DNA of 20,601 nucleotides from a bacterium (GTDB lineage: Bacteria > RBG-13-61-14 > DATKZS01): contig JAWOBU010000194.1 in NCBI GenBank assembly GCA_046484135.1, positions 1-20,601 on the forward strand, read 5' to 3'. The notes under the pieces are model-generated. The model did no database searches. It saw only the letters and a list, made by a program, of their open reading frames with translations, and had not been told where the DNA came from. The translations under genes were made by a program, and so were the position numbers. Positions 8,709-17,526 of this stretch are shown here, piece by piece (within the stretch, counting starts at the first letter, position 1; every line of letters starts with the position of its first letter).

Positions 8709-10586
8709 ATGGATAGAGTCAATACCACGAGCGAGTTGAGTTCCCTGGCGGAAAGAATCCGGTCGTCCCGCGATCCCAATCGTCCTCTGGTTACCATCTG
8801 CGGCGGCACGGGATGCCGCGCCAACAACAGCGCCGAGCTCGCGGAGATGATGGCCCAAGAACTGGACGCCCGCGGCATACAGGCCGATGTGGAGATCAAG
8901 CTGAGCGGATGCCACGGCCTTTGCCAAAAGGGGCCGGTGGTGGTGGTAGACCCCCTGCACATCTTCTACCAAGAGGTCGGGCTTAAAAACATGGAACGCG
9001 ATGTAGCCGACATCATCGAGCAGACAGTTCAAAACGGCGAGACAGTACAACGGCTTCTCTACAAGGACCCGGCCACCAAGGAGCGCTATCCCAACTATAA
9101 CGACATTCCTTTCTACGCCCGCCAGCACCGGATCGCTCTGCAGAACAACGGCAAGATAGACCCCTGCAACATCGAGGACTACATAGCCGCGCAAGGTTAC
9201 CAGGGCCTGGCCAAGGTGCTCACCATGGACCCGTGGGAAGTTATCGAATGGGTCAAGAAGTCCGGCCTGCGAGGACGCGGCGGAGGAGGGTTCCCCTCCG
9301 GACAGAAGTGGACCTTCTGCAGAAACGCGACCGACCATTCCATGCGCTACATAATCTGCAACGCGGACGAGGGCGACCCCGGAGCCTTCATGGACCGGTC
9401 CATTATGGAGGGAGACCCGCATTCGGTGCTCGAGGGCATGGCCATCGGGGCCTATGCCATGAGTCACGGCATCTGCGAAGCCGCCGGCTACATCTACATC
9501 CGGGCCGAGTATCCCCTGGCCGTGGACAATGTCCGCACCGCGCTTCAACAGGCGGAGGAGATGGGGGTCCTCGGCGACAACATCATGGGGACCGACTTCA
9601 GCTTCCACATAAAAATGAAAGAGGGAGCAGGCGCATTCGTCTGCGGCGAGGAGACCGCGCTTATGGCCTCGGTCGAGGGAAACCGGGGAATGCCCAGGCC
9701 GCGGCCGCCCTTCCCCGCCAACAAGGGACTTTTCGGAAAGCCTTCCAACATAAACAACGTAGAGACATGGGCCAATGTTCCCAAGATAGTGAACCACGGT
9801 CCCGACTGGTACGCAGACATCGGCACGGAAAAGAGCAAAGGGACCAAGGTCTTCAGCCTGGTGGGCAAGGTCCAGAACAGCGGCCTGGTTGAAGTGCCCA
9901 TGGGCATATCGCTTCGGGAGGTCATCTTTGACATCGGCGGCGGCATCATGGGCAAAGGCGAGTTCAAGGCCGCCCAGACCGGCGGACCTTCCGGAGGGTG
10001 TCTTCCCGCCAGCATGCTCGATCTGCCTATTGACTTCGAGCACCTGGCAGAGGCCGGCTCCATCATGGGCTCCGGCGGGCTGGTGGTCATGGACGACAAA
10101 ACGTGCATGGTTGACCTGGCCCGATACTTCCTGTCCTTCACCCAGTCCGAGTCGTGCGGAAAATGCACCCCCTGCCGGCTCGGCACCAAGGCCATGCTCG
10201 ACATCCTCGAACGCATCTGCCAGGGCCGCGGAAAGCCCGAGGACATTCCCCTACTGGAAGAGCTCGCAAAGTCCATCAAGCTGGGAAGCCTGTGCGGGCT
10301 CGGACAAACCGCGCCCAACCCCGTGCTCACTACCCTCAAGTACTTCCGCGAAGAGTACGAACAGCACATCTACGAAAAAAAGTGCCCGGCAGGAACATGC
10401 CCCAACCTCGTGACCTACTACATTGACCCCGCGGCATGCAAAGGATGCGGGGCCTGCATCAGGGCATGCCCGGTAGATGCCATCACCGGCGAGAAAAAAT
10501 CGCCCCACTACATCAACCCCGAGCTCTGCATAAGGTGCGGCTCCTGCAGGGACGCCTGCAAGTTCGACGCGATCCTCACCGAGTAG
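8709..10586 (+). CDS. NuoF/HydB-family FMN/NADH-binding subunit of the electron-bifurcating HydB type
   Basis: N-terminal thioredoxin-like 2Fe-2S (CGGTGC, GCHGLC), GLRGRGGGGFP, NADEGDPGAFMDR, GAGAFVCGEETAL, GGPSGG, ESCGKCTPCR and a C-terminal 2x[4Fe-4S] domain (CKGCGACIRACP, CIRCGSCRDAC). Confidence 0.95.
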   Translation: MDRVNTTSELSSLAERIRSSRDPNRPLVTICGGTGCRANNSAELAEMMAQELDARGIQADVEIKLSGCHGLCQKGPVVVVDPLHIFYQEVGLKNMERDVADIIEQTVQNGETVQRLLYKDPATKERYPNYNDIPFYARQHRIALQNNGKIDPCNIEDYIAAQGYQGLAKVLTMDPWEVIEWVKKSGLRGRGGGGFPSGQKWTFCRNATDHSMRYIICNADEGDPGAFMDRSIMEGDPHSVLEGMAIGAYAMSHGICEAAGYIYIRAEYPLAVDNVRTALQQAEEMGVLGDNIMGTDFSFHIKMKEGAGAFVCGEETALMASVEGNRGMPRPRPPFPANKGLFGKPSNINNVETWANVPKIVNHGPDWYADIGTEKSKGTKVFSLVGKVQNSGLVEVPMGISLREVIFDIGGGIMGKGEFKAAQTGGPSGGCLPASMLDLPIDFEHLAEAGSIMGSGGLVVMDDKTCMVDLARYFLSFTQSESCGKCTPCRLGTKAMLDILERICQGRGKPEDIPLLEELAKSIKLGSLCGLGQTAPNPVLTTLKYFREEYEQHIYEKKCPAGTCPNLVTYYIDPAACKGCGACIRACPVDAITGEKKSPHYINPELCIRCGSCRDACKFDAILTE

Positions 10587-10617
10587 AACAAATAAATCCA
10601 GCCTTTGCCGCGCCTGC

Positions 10618-10675
10618 CCGAGCACCGGGACCTGTTATTCAAAAACAGGCGACTGTCCCGGTTTCTCGGTTCTTT
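10618..10675 (+). terminator. Long interrupted hairpin after the nuoF-like gene, possible terminator
   Basis: Stacked pairings CCGAG/CTCGG, ACCGGGAC/GTCCCGGT and CCTGTT/AACAGG, followed by TTCTTT. Confidence 0.5.
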
Positions 10676-10806
10676 CCATCGAGGAGAAGGCCCGGCGCGA
10701 CGAGGAAAAAAGGCGAAAAAGCGAGGTGCCAAGCTCTCGGAGTAAGGCGGCGGCAGGGCTGCTTCCCGACCCTACGGTTGAAAGGACAGCGATTTCCTCG
10801 CTCTCA

Positions 10807-12393
10807 TCATATCCGATGGACACGTTCTCGATACGCCGGAGTGGCCGCCATTGCGAGGAGCGCGATTGCGGCGATCCATCCGAAGACGTCTCCGCAGGCG
10901 GAGTAGAAGGTTTTCAGGGGCGACGGTTTTACAATGCCGGTGAACGCGGTTTTCTCGTAGATGGGCGTCTGGTGTTTTATTCTTCCGGCGGGTCCTACTA
11001 TTGACGAGATGCCGGTGTTTGCCGCCCTTGCGAAGTAGACGCGGTTTTCCACCGCCCGGAGCACTGCATTGGCGTGGTGCTGATAGGGCGCGCCCGTCCT
11101 TCCGAACCAGGCGTCATTGGTGATGGTGGTCATGACGTTGGCGCCCTGATCCGGGAACTTCCGGACCAGGTGGGGAAACACCAGCTCGTAGCAGATCACG
11201 CATCCTGCTTCCATGCCGGGCACGGACATGGTCTTTATTTCTTTACCCGGTGTTGTTGACCCCACGTGCCCCTGGGAGATGGCCTCGGCAAAGAAGAACA
11301 GCTCGGCAAGCGGCACGTACTCGCTGAAGGGCACCAGCCTGATCTTGTCGTACCTGCCCACCAGCTTCTCCGCGTTCGGCGATATCAGGTAGGCGCTGTT
11401 GAACGAGCACATCCCGCGCGGTCCCGAGTCGCACTTTTCCATGCTGATGCCGCCGACCAGAAGATAGGTCTCTATCTCGGAGAGGAACCGGACCAGGTGG
11501 TCCCTCTCTTCCCAGTGAAGATTGAAATTACCCACTGGAATGGCGGCCTCCGGCCAGATCACCAGCCGGGGGGCCTCCTTTGACACCTTCTCCGTAAGCC
11601 GCATCTGATTGCGCATGATCCTCCAGAAGTACGAGTTGTCCCACTTTATGGCCTGGTCAATGTTGGGCTGGATGATGCCGACCTTTACGGCGGGCTGGTT
11701 CTCGAAAGCAAGGTCCACCATGGGGATGCGAACCGCGCCATAGGCCACCGCCAGAAGCGGCACTCCGATCCCCACCAGTAAGGGAGCGGCCACGCGCTTT
11801 AAGTAAAGCTTTTCCTTTTTTCTTCTCTTTTCCAGGTTCAGGACCACCGCCAGTATGGAGGCGTTAAAAAGCACGATGATAAAGGTGATGCCGTACGGAC
11901 CGGTGATCTCCGCCGGCTGTATAAGATGGATGAACTTGTACTGGGAGTTGGCGAGAAACCCCCAGGGGAACCCGCCAAAGGGAAACCGGGCCCGGATGAG
12001 CTCGAGCACGGTCCATCCCACGGGCGCGGCCAGAAGCGGTGAGAAGCCTCCCCTTTGCACGGCGTAGTAGTAGAACACTCCGAAGCCGGCCAGGAACAAA
12101 GTGAGCAGGGCCACCAGGGCCACCAGCACCAGCACGCTGACGGGGACGCTCATCTGGCCGTAGGTGTTCATGGTGTAAACCAGCCAGTGGTAGAAAAGGG
12201 GATAGCCAGCGAGGCCGGTCACTGCGCCGGTGAGCGCTGCCTGCTTTTTGTTGTCGCACTTATGAAGGGCATAAAGAAGCGGGACCAGGGCGGCCCATGC
12301 CAGCGGCCATAGATTTACTCCCAGGAAGTTTTCAAAGGCGAAGAAAAGAAGCACACCGGTGAGCGCGGCCAGGCCGTACTTGCCGTACTTCAC
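10807..12393 (-). CDS. lnt: Apolipoprotein N-acyltransferase
   Basis: Multi-TM N-terminus, GGFPWG, QPNI, WPEAA, YDKIRLVPFSEYVP, ICYE, TNDAWFG, RAVEN and RAANTGIS. Confidence 0.97.
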   Translation of the reverse strand: MKYGKYGLAALTGVLLFFAFENFLGVNLWPLAWAALVPLLYALHKCDNKKQAALTGAVTGLAGYPLFYHWLVYTMNTYGQMSVPVSVLVLVALVALLTLFLAGFGVFYYYAVQRGGFSPLLAAPVGWTVLELIRARFPFGGFPWGFLANSQYKFIHLIQPAEITGPYGITFIIVLFNASILAVVLNLEKRRKKEKLYLKRVAAPLLVGIGVPLLAVAYGAVRIPMVDLAFENQPAVKVGIIQPNIDQAIKWDNSYFWRIMRNQMRLTEKVSKEAPRLVIWPEAAIPVGNFNLHWEERDHLVRFLSEIETYLLVGGISMEKCDSGPRGMCSFNSAYLISPNAEKLVGRYDKIRLVPFSEYVPLAELFFFAEAISQGHVGSTTPGKEIKTMSVPGMEAGCVICYELVFPHLVRKFPDQGANVMTTITNDAWFGRTGAPYQHHANAVLRAVENRVYFARAANTGISSIVGPAGRIKHQTPIYEKTAFTGIVKPSPLKTFYSACGDVFGWIAAIALLAMAATPAYRERVHRI

Positions 12394-12839
12394 GCCTTTT
12401 TCTCCTGCTCCTCGATAAGCTCGACCAGCCGCTTCTGGGTCTCGAACATCTTGCGGGCCTGCCTGCCTCCGTTCACGTGCTCGTATCCCAGAAGGTGGAG
12501 CACTCCGTGGGCGATAAGCACGTTCAGCTCGTGGTCAGGGGAGTGGCCTCTCTGCCCGGCCTGGCGGATAGCGGTGTCCGCGGATATGACCACGTCTCCC
12601 AGAAAGTCGGTGGGAAAAGGCACGCCTTCGTTCTGGCTCCATGCCATGACGTCGGTTTCGCGGTCGCGGCCCAGCCACTGTCGGTTCAGCTCCCGAATTT
12701 CGTTATCGTCGGTGATATAAACGGACAGGGCGGCGTTTTCACATCCCAAGGCGCTTAAGATAGTTTTCACTTTGTTCTTTATCCTGGTCTTGTTGGTCCT
12801 GAGTTTTCTCGGGTTCTTTATCCTTGTGCTTATCTGCAT
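12390..12839 (-). CDS. ybeY: rRNA maturation endoribonuclease YbeY
   Basis: IRELNRQW, TDVMAW, LGDVVIS and the metal motif HGVLHLLGYEH. Start inferred at ATG 12839. Confidence 0.92.
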   Translation of the reverse strand: MQISTRIKNPRKLRTNKTRIKNKVKTILSALGCENAALSVYITDDNEIRELNRQWLGRDRETDVMAWSQNEGVPFPTDFLGDVVISADTAIRQAGQRGHSPDHELNVLIAHGVLHLLGYEHVNGGRQARKMFETQKRLVELIEEQEKKA

Positions 12840-15288
12840 TTTTTTCCGTCTTCCTGGGTTTTTCAGTCTGTGCCTTTTTAAACGCTGACGCGGGGTAGTC
12901 GGGCCGGTGATGGTATATGGCTCCGAGCGAGTTGTTGAAGCTCCGTGCAATTACGTGGAGGTCTTTCAAGGTCAGCTCGCATTCGTCGAGCTGTCCGTCA
13001 ATAAAGAAGCGGTTTATGAGCTTCTGTACCATTCCTTTCAACCGGGAGGGACTGGGGTCCTGCAGGCTCCGGCCGGCGGACTCGACCACGTCTGCCAGCA
13101 TGATGATGGCGGTCTCCCGCGTCTGGGGCTTGGGACCGGGATACCTGAAGTCAACCTCGTCCATCGGCACGCCCGTTTCGTTTTGCTCCTTGGCCTTCTC
13201 GTAAAAAAACTGGACCAGGCTGGTGCCGTGGTGCTCCTTGATGGCGTCTATGACCACCTTGGGCATCTTGTGCTTGTGGGCCATCTCGACCCCTTCTTTC
13301 ACGTGGTTGTGAATGATGAGCGTGGACATGGACGGGCTCAGCCGGTCGTGAACGTTGTTTCCGTCCCACTGGTTCTCGGCGAAGTAGTGGGGCTTGTTCA
13401 TCTTTCCCACGTCGTGGTACATGGCGCACACGCGGGTCAGCAGAGGGTTTGCGCCGATGGCCTTGGCCGCGGCCTCTGCCAGGTTCCCGACCATCATCGA
13501 GTGCTGGTGGGTCCCGGGGGCCCGCATGGACAGGTTCTTCAAAAGCGGCTCGTCCTGGTTCAGGAGCTCGAGCAGCTTGATATCGGTGGCATAGTTGAAC
13601 ACGGACTCGGCCACCGGCACCACCCCGGTCACGATGATGGCCGCGAAAATGCCTCCGGCCAGGCCGAACACGCTGTTTATAAGCAGGGCCTTCTGGTCCA
13701 GGAAACCGAAGTTTATAAAGCTGATGACCAGGATAAGAAGCACGTTCACCAGACCCAGGATAAGACCGGCCCGAAGAATGGTGCTCCGCTGCCGGCATTG
13801 CTTGACCTCGCCCGCGGCGATTACCGACCCGATCATGGTGTAGAAAAAGAACAGCAGGCTGTCCTCTACTACCATCCCGCCCAGGGCCGCGACGGCCAGC
13901 GCGAAACAGAGCGCGATCTCGGAGTTCATCACCATCCGGACCAGCATGGCCGCGCCCGCCAGAGCGATAAGGTAATGAAAGTTCAGCCCATCGGGCACTC
14001 CCTCCATGTTAAACAGCGCGGTCTTGGCCAGGAGGTTTACGCCTTTCAGGGCGGCCAGGGAGACCACCAGCACCAGCGCCAGGAAGAACATGTCCTTGGG
14101 GGACACCTGGAACTTTCGGATGTTCATTTTTCCAAAGGTCATAACGGACGCGAAAAAGAGTATGATTATGATAAAGGTGGCCGCTGATTCATAGACCCTC
14201 ATACCCGGCTCTCCCTGGAGCTCCTCGAGGATGGCGTCAATGGTTTTTATCTTGAAGGGGTCCACCACCCGCTCTCCTTTGCGGTAGGGGACCTCGCCTT
14301 TCCAGTATTTCTTATAGGAGGTCTTGACCTGGGCCACTGCGCTTGCCTTGGCCTCCTCGGTCTTGTCCTTGTTGAAGTGGAGGTTGGGATCCAGGAAGTC
14401 CTCGGCCATCTTGACCAGGACCTGCCGGAGCGCCGGGTCCATGTCGGAGAGCTTCTCTTCTGCCCGGTCACGGATGCTCTGCCGTGCTTTCTCCATGTCC
14501 TTTATGGTGTCCGCCTCCAGGATGGTGTGGGAGGATTTCTCCGAGGCCGGGTTTATCATGGCGGCGTTGATGCCCTTGCCGCGGCTTTCTTTTCTCAAGA
14601 GCTTTTTGTTGGCCACCAGGAAGGATTCTTCGTCCGGCGGGTAGACCGTGTTTATGAGCCCGAGCACGGCTTTCTCCAGCCGGGGCGCGAAATGTCTCTT
14701 TTTAAGTTTTTCCATTTCCGCCGGCTCGAGCCCCACGGAAAACTTTTCCAAAAGCTCTTCCGCCTTACTGTCCGCTTCCGGGTCAGGCACGGTGCTTTGC
14801 GTTCTCCCGTTTTCCCGGTCCGGCCCCTCTTCGGCCCGGGCGGCCTGCTCTGCGGTTGATCCGTCCGCCGGTTCCGGCGGCGGAGGATACAGCTCCCTTA
14901 AACTTTGGAAGAACTCTTTTACCTGGTTTCTGGCCTTCTTTCCCACCTGCGGGTCCCAGTCGTAAACGGGCCGGGTTTCGTTCCTGGCCTCCTCCTTTTC
15001 CTTGTCCATGACCCGGAAGTTGGGAATGTTCTCCACGTCGCGGGGAAGCGCCAGGTCCCGCGTCATAATGATCCCTTCTTTTCCGGGAGGACTGGCGTAC
15101 ACGTTCTGGACCGGCTTCTCCCTGGGGAAGGTGATAATAAACAGGATGGTGACCCCGGCCAGGATGTTGATGAGCCAGGACACGGTAATGGGCCGCAGCC
15201 GGTTCTGGAGCCGGACGAGCGCGCTGCGCCACTTTTTCTCCCGGCGCTGTCCGGCAAACCGGGCCGGCTTGTCAGAGTTCTGGTTCAT
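12739..15288 (-). CDS. 7TM-HD (HDIG-type) phosphohydrolase, PgpH-like, possible cyclic-di-AMP phosphodiesterase
   Basis: N-terminal TM, large extracytoplasmic domain, multi-TM block, then APGTHQHS, YHDVGK, EHHGT, YPGPKPQT and MLADVVE. It lies between phoH and ybeY. Start inferred at ATG 15288 after GGAG. Confidence 0.88.
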   Translation of the reverse strand: MNQNSDKPARFAGQRREKKWRSALVRLQNRLRPITVSWLINILAGVTILFIITFPREKPVQNVYASPPGKEGIIMTRDLALPRDVENIPNFRVMDKEKEEARNETRPVYDWDPQVGKKARNQVKEFFQSLRELYPPPPEPADGSTAEQAARAEEGPDRENGRTQSTVPDPEADSKAEELLEKFSVGLEPAEMEKLKKRHFAPRLEKAVLGLINTVYPPDEESFLVANKKLLRKESRGKGINAAMINPASEKSSHTILEADTIKDMEKARQSIRDRAEEKLSDMDPALRQVLVKMAEDFLDPNLHFNKDKTEEAKASAVAQVKTSYKKYWKGEVPYRKGERVVDPFKIKTIDAILEELQGEPGMRVYESAATFIIIILFFASVMTFGKMNIRKFQVSPKDMFFLALVLVVSLAALKGVNLLAKTALFNMEGVPDGLNFHYLIALAGAAMLVRMVMNSEIALCFALAVAALGGMVVEDSLLFFFYTMIGSVIAAGEVKQCRQRSTILRAGLILGLVNVLLILVISFINFGFLDQKALLINSVFGLAGGIFAAIIVTGVVPVAESVFNYATDIKLLELLNQDEPLLKNLSMRAPGTHQHSMMVGNLAEAAAKAIGANPLLTRVCAMYHDVGKMNKPHYFAENQWDGNNVHDRLSPSMSTLIIHNHVKEGVEMAHKHKMPKVVIDAIKEHHGTSLVQFFYEKAKEQNETGVPMDEVDFRYPGPKPQTRETAIIMLADVVESAGRSLQDPSPSRLKGMVQKLINRFFIDGQLDECELTLKDLHVIARSFNNSLGAIYHHRPDYPASAFKKAQTEKPRKTEKNADKHKDKEPEKTQDQQDQDKEQSENYLKRLGM

Positions 15289-16273
15289 TATCTCCGCCCT
15301 CCTTGCCGGCGCCCCGGTTCTTTTGTTCATATTGCTCGTAAGCCTGGATGATTCTTTGTACCAGGGGATGGCGGACCACGTCTTTTTCGGAGAACTGGAT
15401 CACCTCGATGCCGGGAATCTCATGCAGAATCCGGCAGGCGTGCCGGAGTCCGGAGGATTCTCCAGCGGGCAGGTCGGTCTGGGTTATGTCTCCGGTGACC
15501 ACCGCCCTGGAGTCGAACCCCAGCCGGGTCAGGAGCATCTTCATCTGGGGAATGGTCGAGTTCTGGGCCTCGTCCAGTATGACAAAAGCGCTGTTTAAAC
15601 TTCTTCCCCTCATAAAGGCCAGGGGGGCCACTTCGATCACTCCGCGTTCCATGAGGTTATGGGCCTTTTCCACGTCCATCATGTCGTAGAGGGCATCGTA
15701 GAGTGGCCGAAGATACGGCGAGACCTTCTCCACCAGGTCGCCGGGAAGAAACCCCAGTTTCTCGCCTGCCTCCACCGCGGGCCGGGTGAGGATGATCCGC
15801 TGGACCTCTCCCTGAGAAAGAGCGAACACCGCCTGGGCCATGGACAGGTAGGTCTTGCCCGTGCCCGCCGGCCCCACCGCAAACACAATGTCGTTTTGCT
15901 GGATGGCCTCGAGGTAGTTCTTCTGGTTTACGCTCTTGGGGGTGATGGGCTTGCCGCTTCCTATCTGGATCACTCCCGACCGGTAGATTTTATCGAGCCT
16001 CGCGGACGGGTCTTCCGCCACCAGCTTGAAGGCGGGTTCGATGTCAGCCTCCTGCACCACGTAGCCGCGCTGAATAAGATGGGAAAGCTCCCGGATAAGA
16101 CGCTCGACCGTCGCCACCTCGGGCTCGGGACCGAGGATGTCCACTACGTTGCCGCGGGCCCGAAGCCCCACCTCGGTAAGCTGCTCGATCCGGCGCAGGT
16201 TGCGGTGATGCTCGCCGAAAAGACTGCGGGCAACGTCGTTACTGTCCAGTGTTATCTGACGGGAAGTTTCCAA
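15272..16273 (-). CDS. phoH: PhoH-family ATPase (YbeZ-like)
   Basis: GPAGTGKT, LTRPAVEAGEKLGFLPGD, PYLRPLYDAL, APLAFMRGR, DEAQN, GDITQTDLP and DVVRHPLV. TTG start. Confidence 0.96.
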   Translation of the reverse strand: METSRQITLDSNDVARSLFGEHHRNLRRIEQLTEVGLRARGNVVDILGPEPEVATVERLIRELSHLIQRGYVVQEADIEPAFKLVAEDPSARLDKIYRSGVIQIGSGKPITPKSVNQKNYLEAIQQNDIVFAVGPAGTGKTYLSMAQAVFALSQGEVQRIILTRPAVEAGEKLGFLPGDLVEKVSPYLRPLYDALYDMMDVEKAHNLMERGVIEVAPLAFMRGRSLNSAFVILDEAQNSTIPQMKMLLTRLGFDSRAVVTGDITQTDLPAGESSGLRHACRILHEIPGIEVIQFSEKDVVRHPLVQRIIQAYEQYEQKNRGAGKEGGDNEPEL

Positions 16274-16416
16274 AAAGCCCCCTTCTGTTCTCCCCCCTAA
16301 TATTAATAGATAGGGAGAAAAAAATCATCCTGTCAAGCCAAATAAAAAAAGGGGGGCAAAGAAAAGCGGGGCGTTTGAAAAAACGGGCAAAAGCGGCGAG
16401 GGCCGGGAAGTCGGCT

Positions 16417-17523
16417 TCACTCATTTGCGGAGGCCTCTTTATTCTCCCGGTTCTGCGGAAGCGACAGTCGGCAGGTGCGGCCTTCTTCACCCGCTTGATA
16501 GGAGAATTCTCCCAAGGCCGTCCGAAGGTGGCGTTCTTCTATCAGCCCTTTCTCGAGCAACTCTTCCAGCTTTTGCGGGTATCTTCCTTCCATGGCCGCA
16601 TAGGCGGACAGGGCGTTGGCTACCCCGTCTCTTTTGTAAACCGACCATAAAGCCTGCCGAGTACGGGTATCGGCTTGTCGGTTTTTTTCAAGGAGCCGTT
16701 CCTGGAGAAGGCGCATTCCTCCGACAGCTATGGATGAAATCCCGACAACGATCGCAATGACGGCCGCGGCCTTGACCAGGGGACCTTTTATGTCCCGGCC
16801 CGCCTTTTCCGCCTCTCTTTCCGCCAGTTGCAAGCGGCCGGCGGCTATGAGCTCCCTTATGGTCTTCAGGGTCTCGAACCTTCCCATGCGGGAGAGATAC
16901 ACAAGGTCGTCCACGGTCCTCTCCCCGTTCACCATGCCGTAGATTCTCTGTTGCTCCGGCTCCAGCTTCTCCTCCGGACCGAACTCGCCGGGGACCTTCT
17001 CCAGCAGGAGCTTCTCGTCGGGAATGTCTTTCTTTATGACCGGCCACTCGTCCTTTATCCGGTAGCCGTCCATGAGCACCTGCTCGGAGCTGATGGGCCG
17101 GGTCCATTGATGCGCGTAGTTGACCGGTCCGGCCTCAAAGGAGTAGTCGCCGTCTTTCCATAGGAACAGGCTGTATATGACCTCCAGGTTGGCAAGGGAC
17201 ACCGTGGAGACCAGCTCTTCCTTGCTGATGAGGTTCGATTCCAGCAAGTGGTGTTCCAATGGCTTCAAGGTGTCCTTCTGCTTGCGGCGGGCCTCCTTCA
17301 TATCCCGGCCGGAGACCAGGCCGGAGCGGACCAGCATGTTCCCCAGGTCAAAGGCCTCCTCGTAAGGCTCGTGCCGGACGTCCACTATGTTTCCCTTTTC
17401 GAAAAGTATGTTCACGTGCCGCGACTGGTCCTTGACCTCTAAGGTCCCCGTCTTCTGCTGGTGCCCGATAAGCTGGAAAATCTCCGAGATACCGAAGTCT
17501 CTCATGCTGCCGGTGAGTGCCAT
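16417..17523 (-). CDS. DUF4388-domain protein with a C-terminal TM and a pilin/GspG-like tail
   Basis: MALTGSMRDFGISEIFQLIGHQQKTGTL, LFLWKDGDYSF and VLMDGYRIKDEW are typical of DUF4388. TM AAAVIAIVVGISSIAVGG, then YAAMEGRYPQKLEELL. GGAGG RBS. Confidence 0.8.
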   Translation of the reverse strand: MALTGSMRDFGISEIFQLIGHQQKTGTLEVKDQSRHVNILFEKGNIVDVRHEPYEEAFDLGNMLVRSGLVSGRDMKEARRKQKDTLKPLEHHLLESNLISKEELVSTVSLANLEVIYSLFLWKDGDYSFEAGPVNYAHQWTRPISSEQVLMDGYRIKDEWPVIKKDIPDEKLLLEKVPGEFGPEEKLEPEQQRIYGMVNGERTVDDLVYLSRMGRFETLKTIRELIAAGRLQLAEREAEKAGRDIKGPLVKAAAVIAIVVGISSIAVGGMRLLQERLLEKNRQADTRTRQALWSVYKRDGVANALSAYAAMEGRYPQKLEELLEKGLIEERHLRTALGEFSYQAGEEGRTCRLSLPQNRENKEASANE

Positions 17524-17526
17524 GGG

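Noticed and set aside
8649..10043. 464-aa minus-strand ORF, and similar shadows such as 12907-14187 and 8157-8600
   Set aside because: Each is entirely antisense to a well-supported gene. The Phe/Leu/Ala-rich ORF is just the complement of the Lys/Ala tail.
16303..16336. phoH promoter (perfect TTGACA on the minus strand)
   Set aside because: No convincing -10 at 16-18 nt spacing, so it is not listed as a feature.
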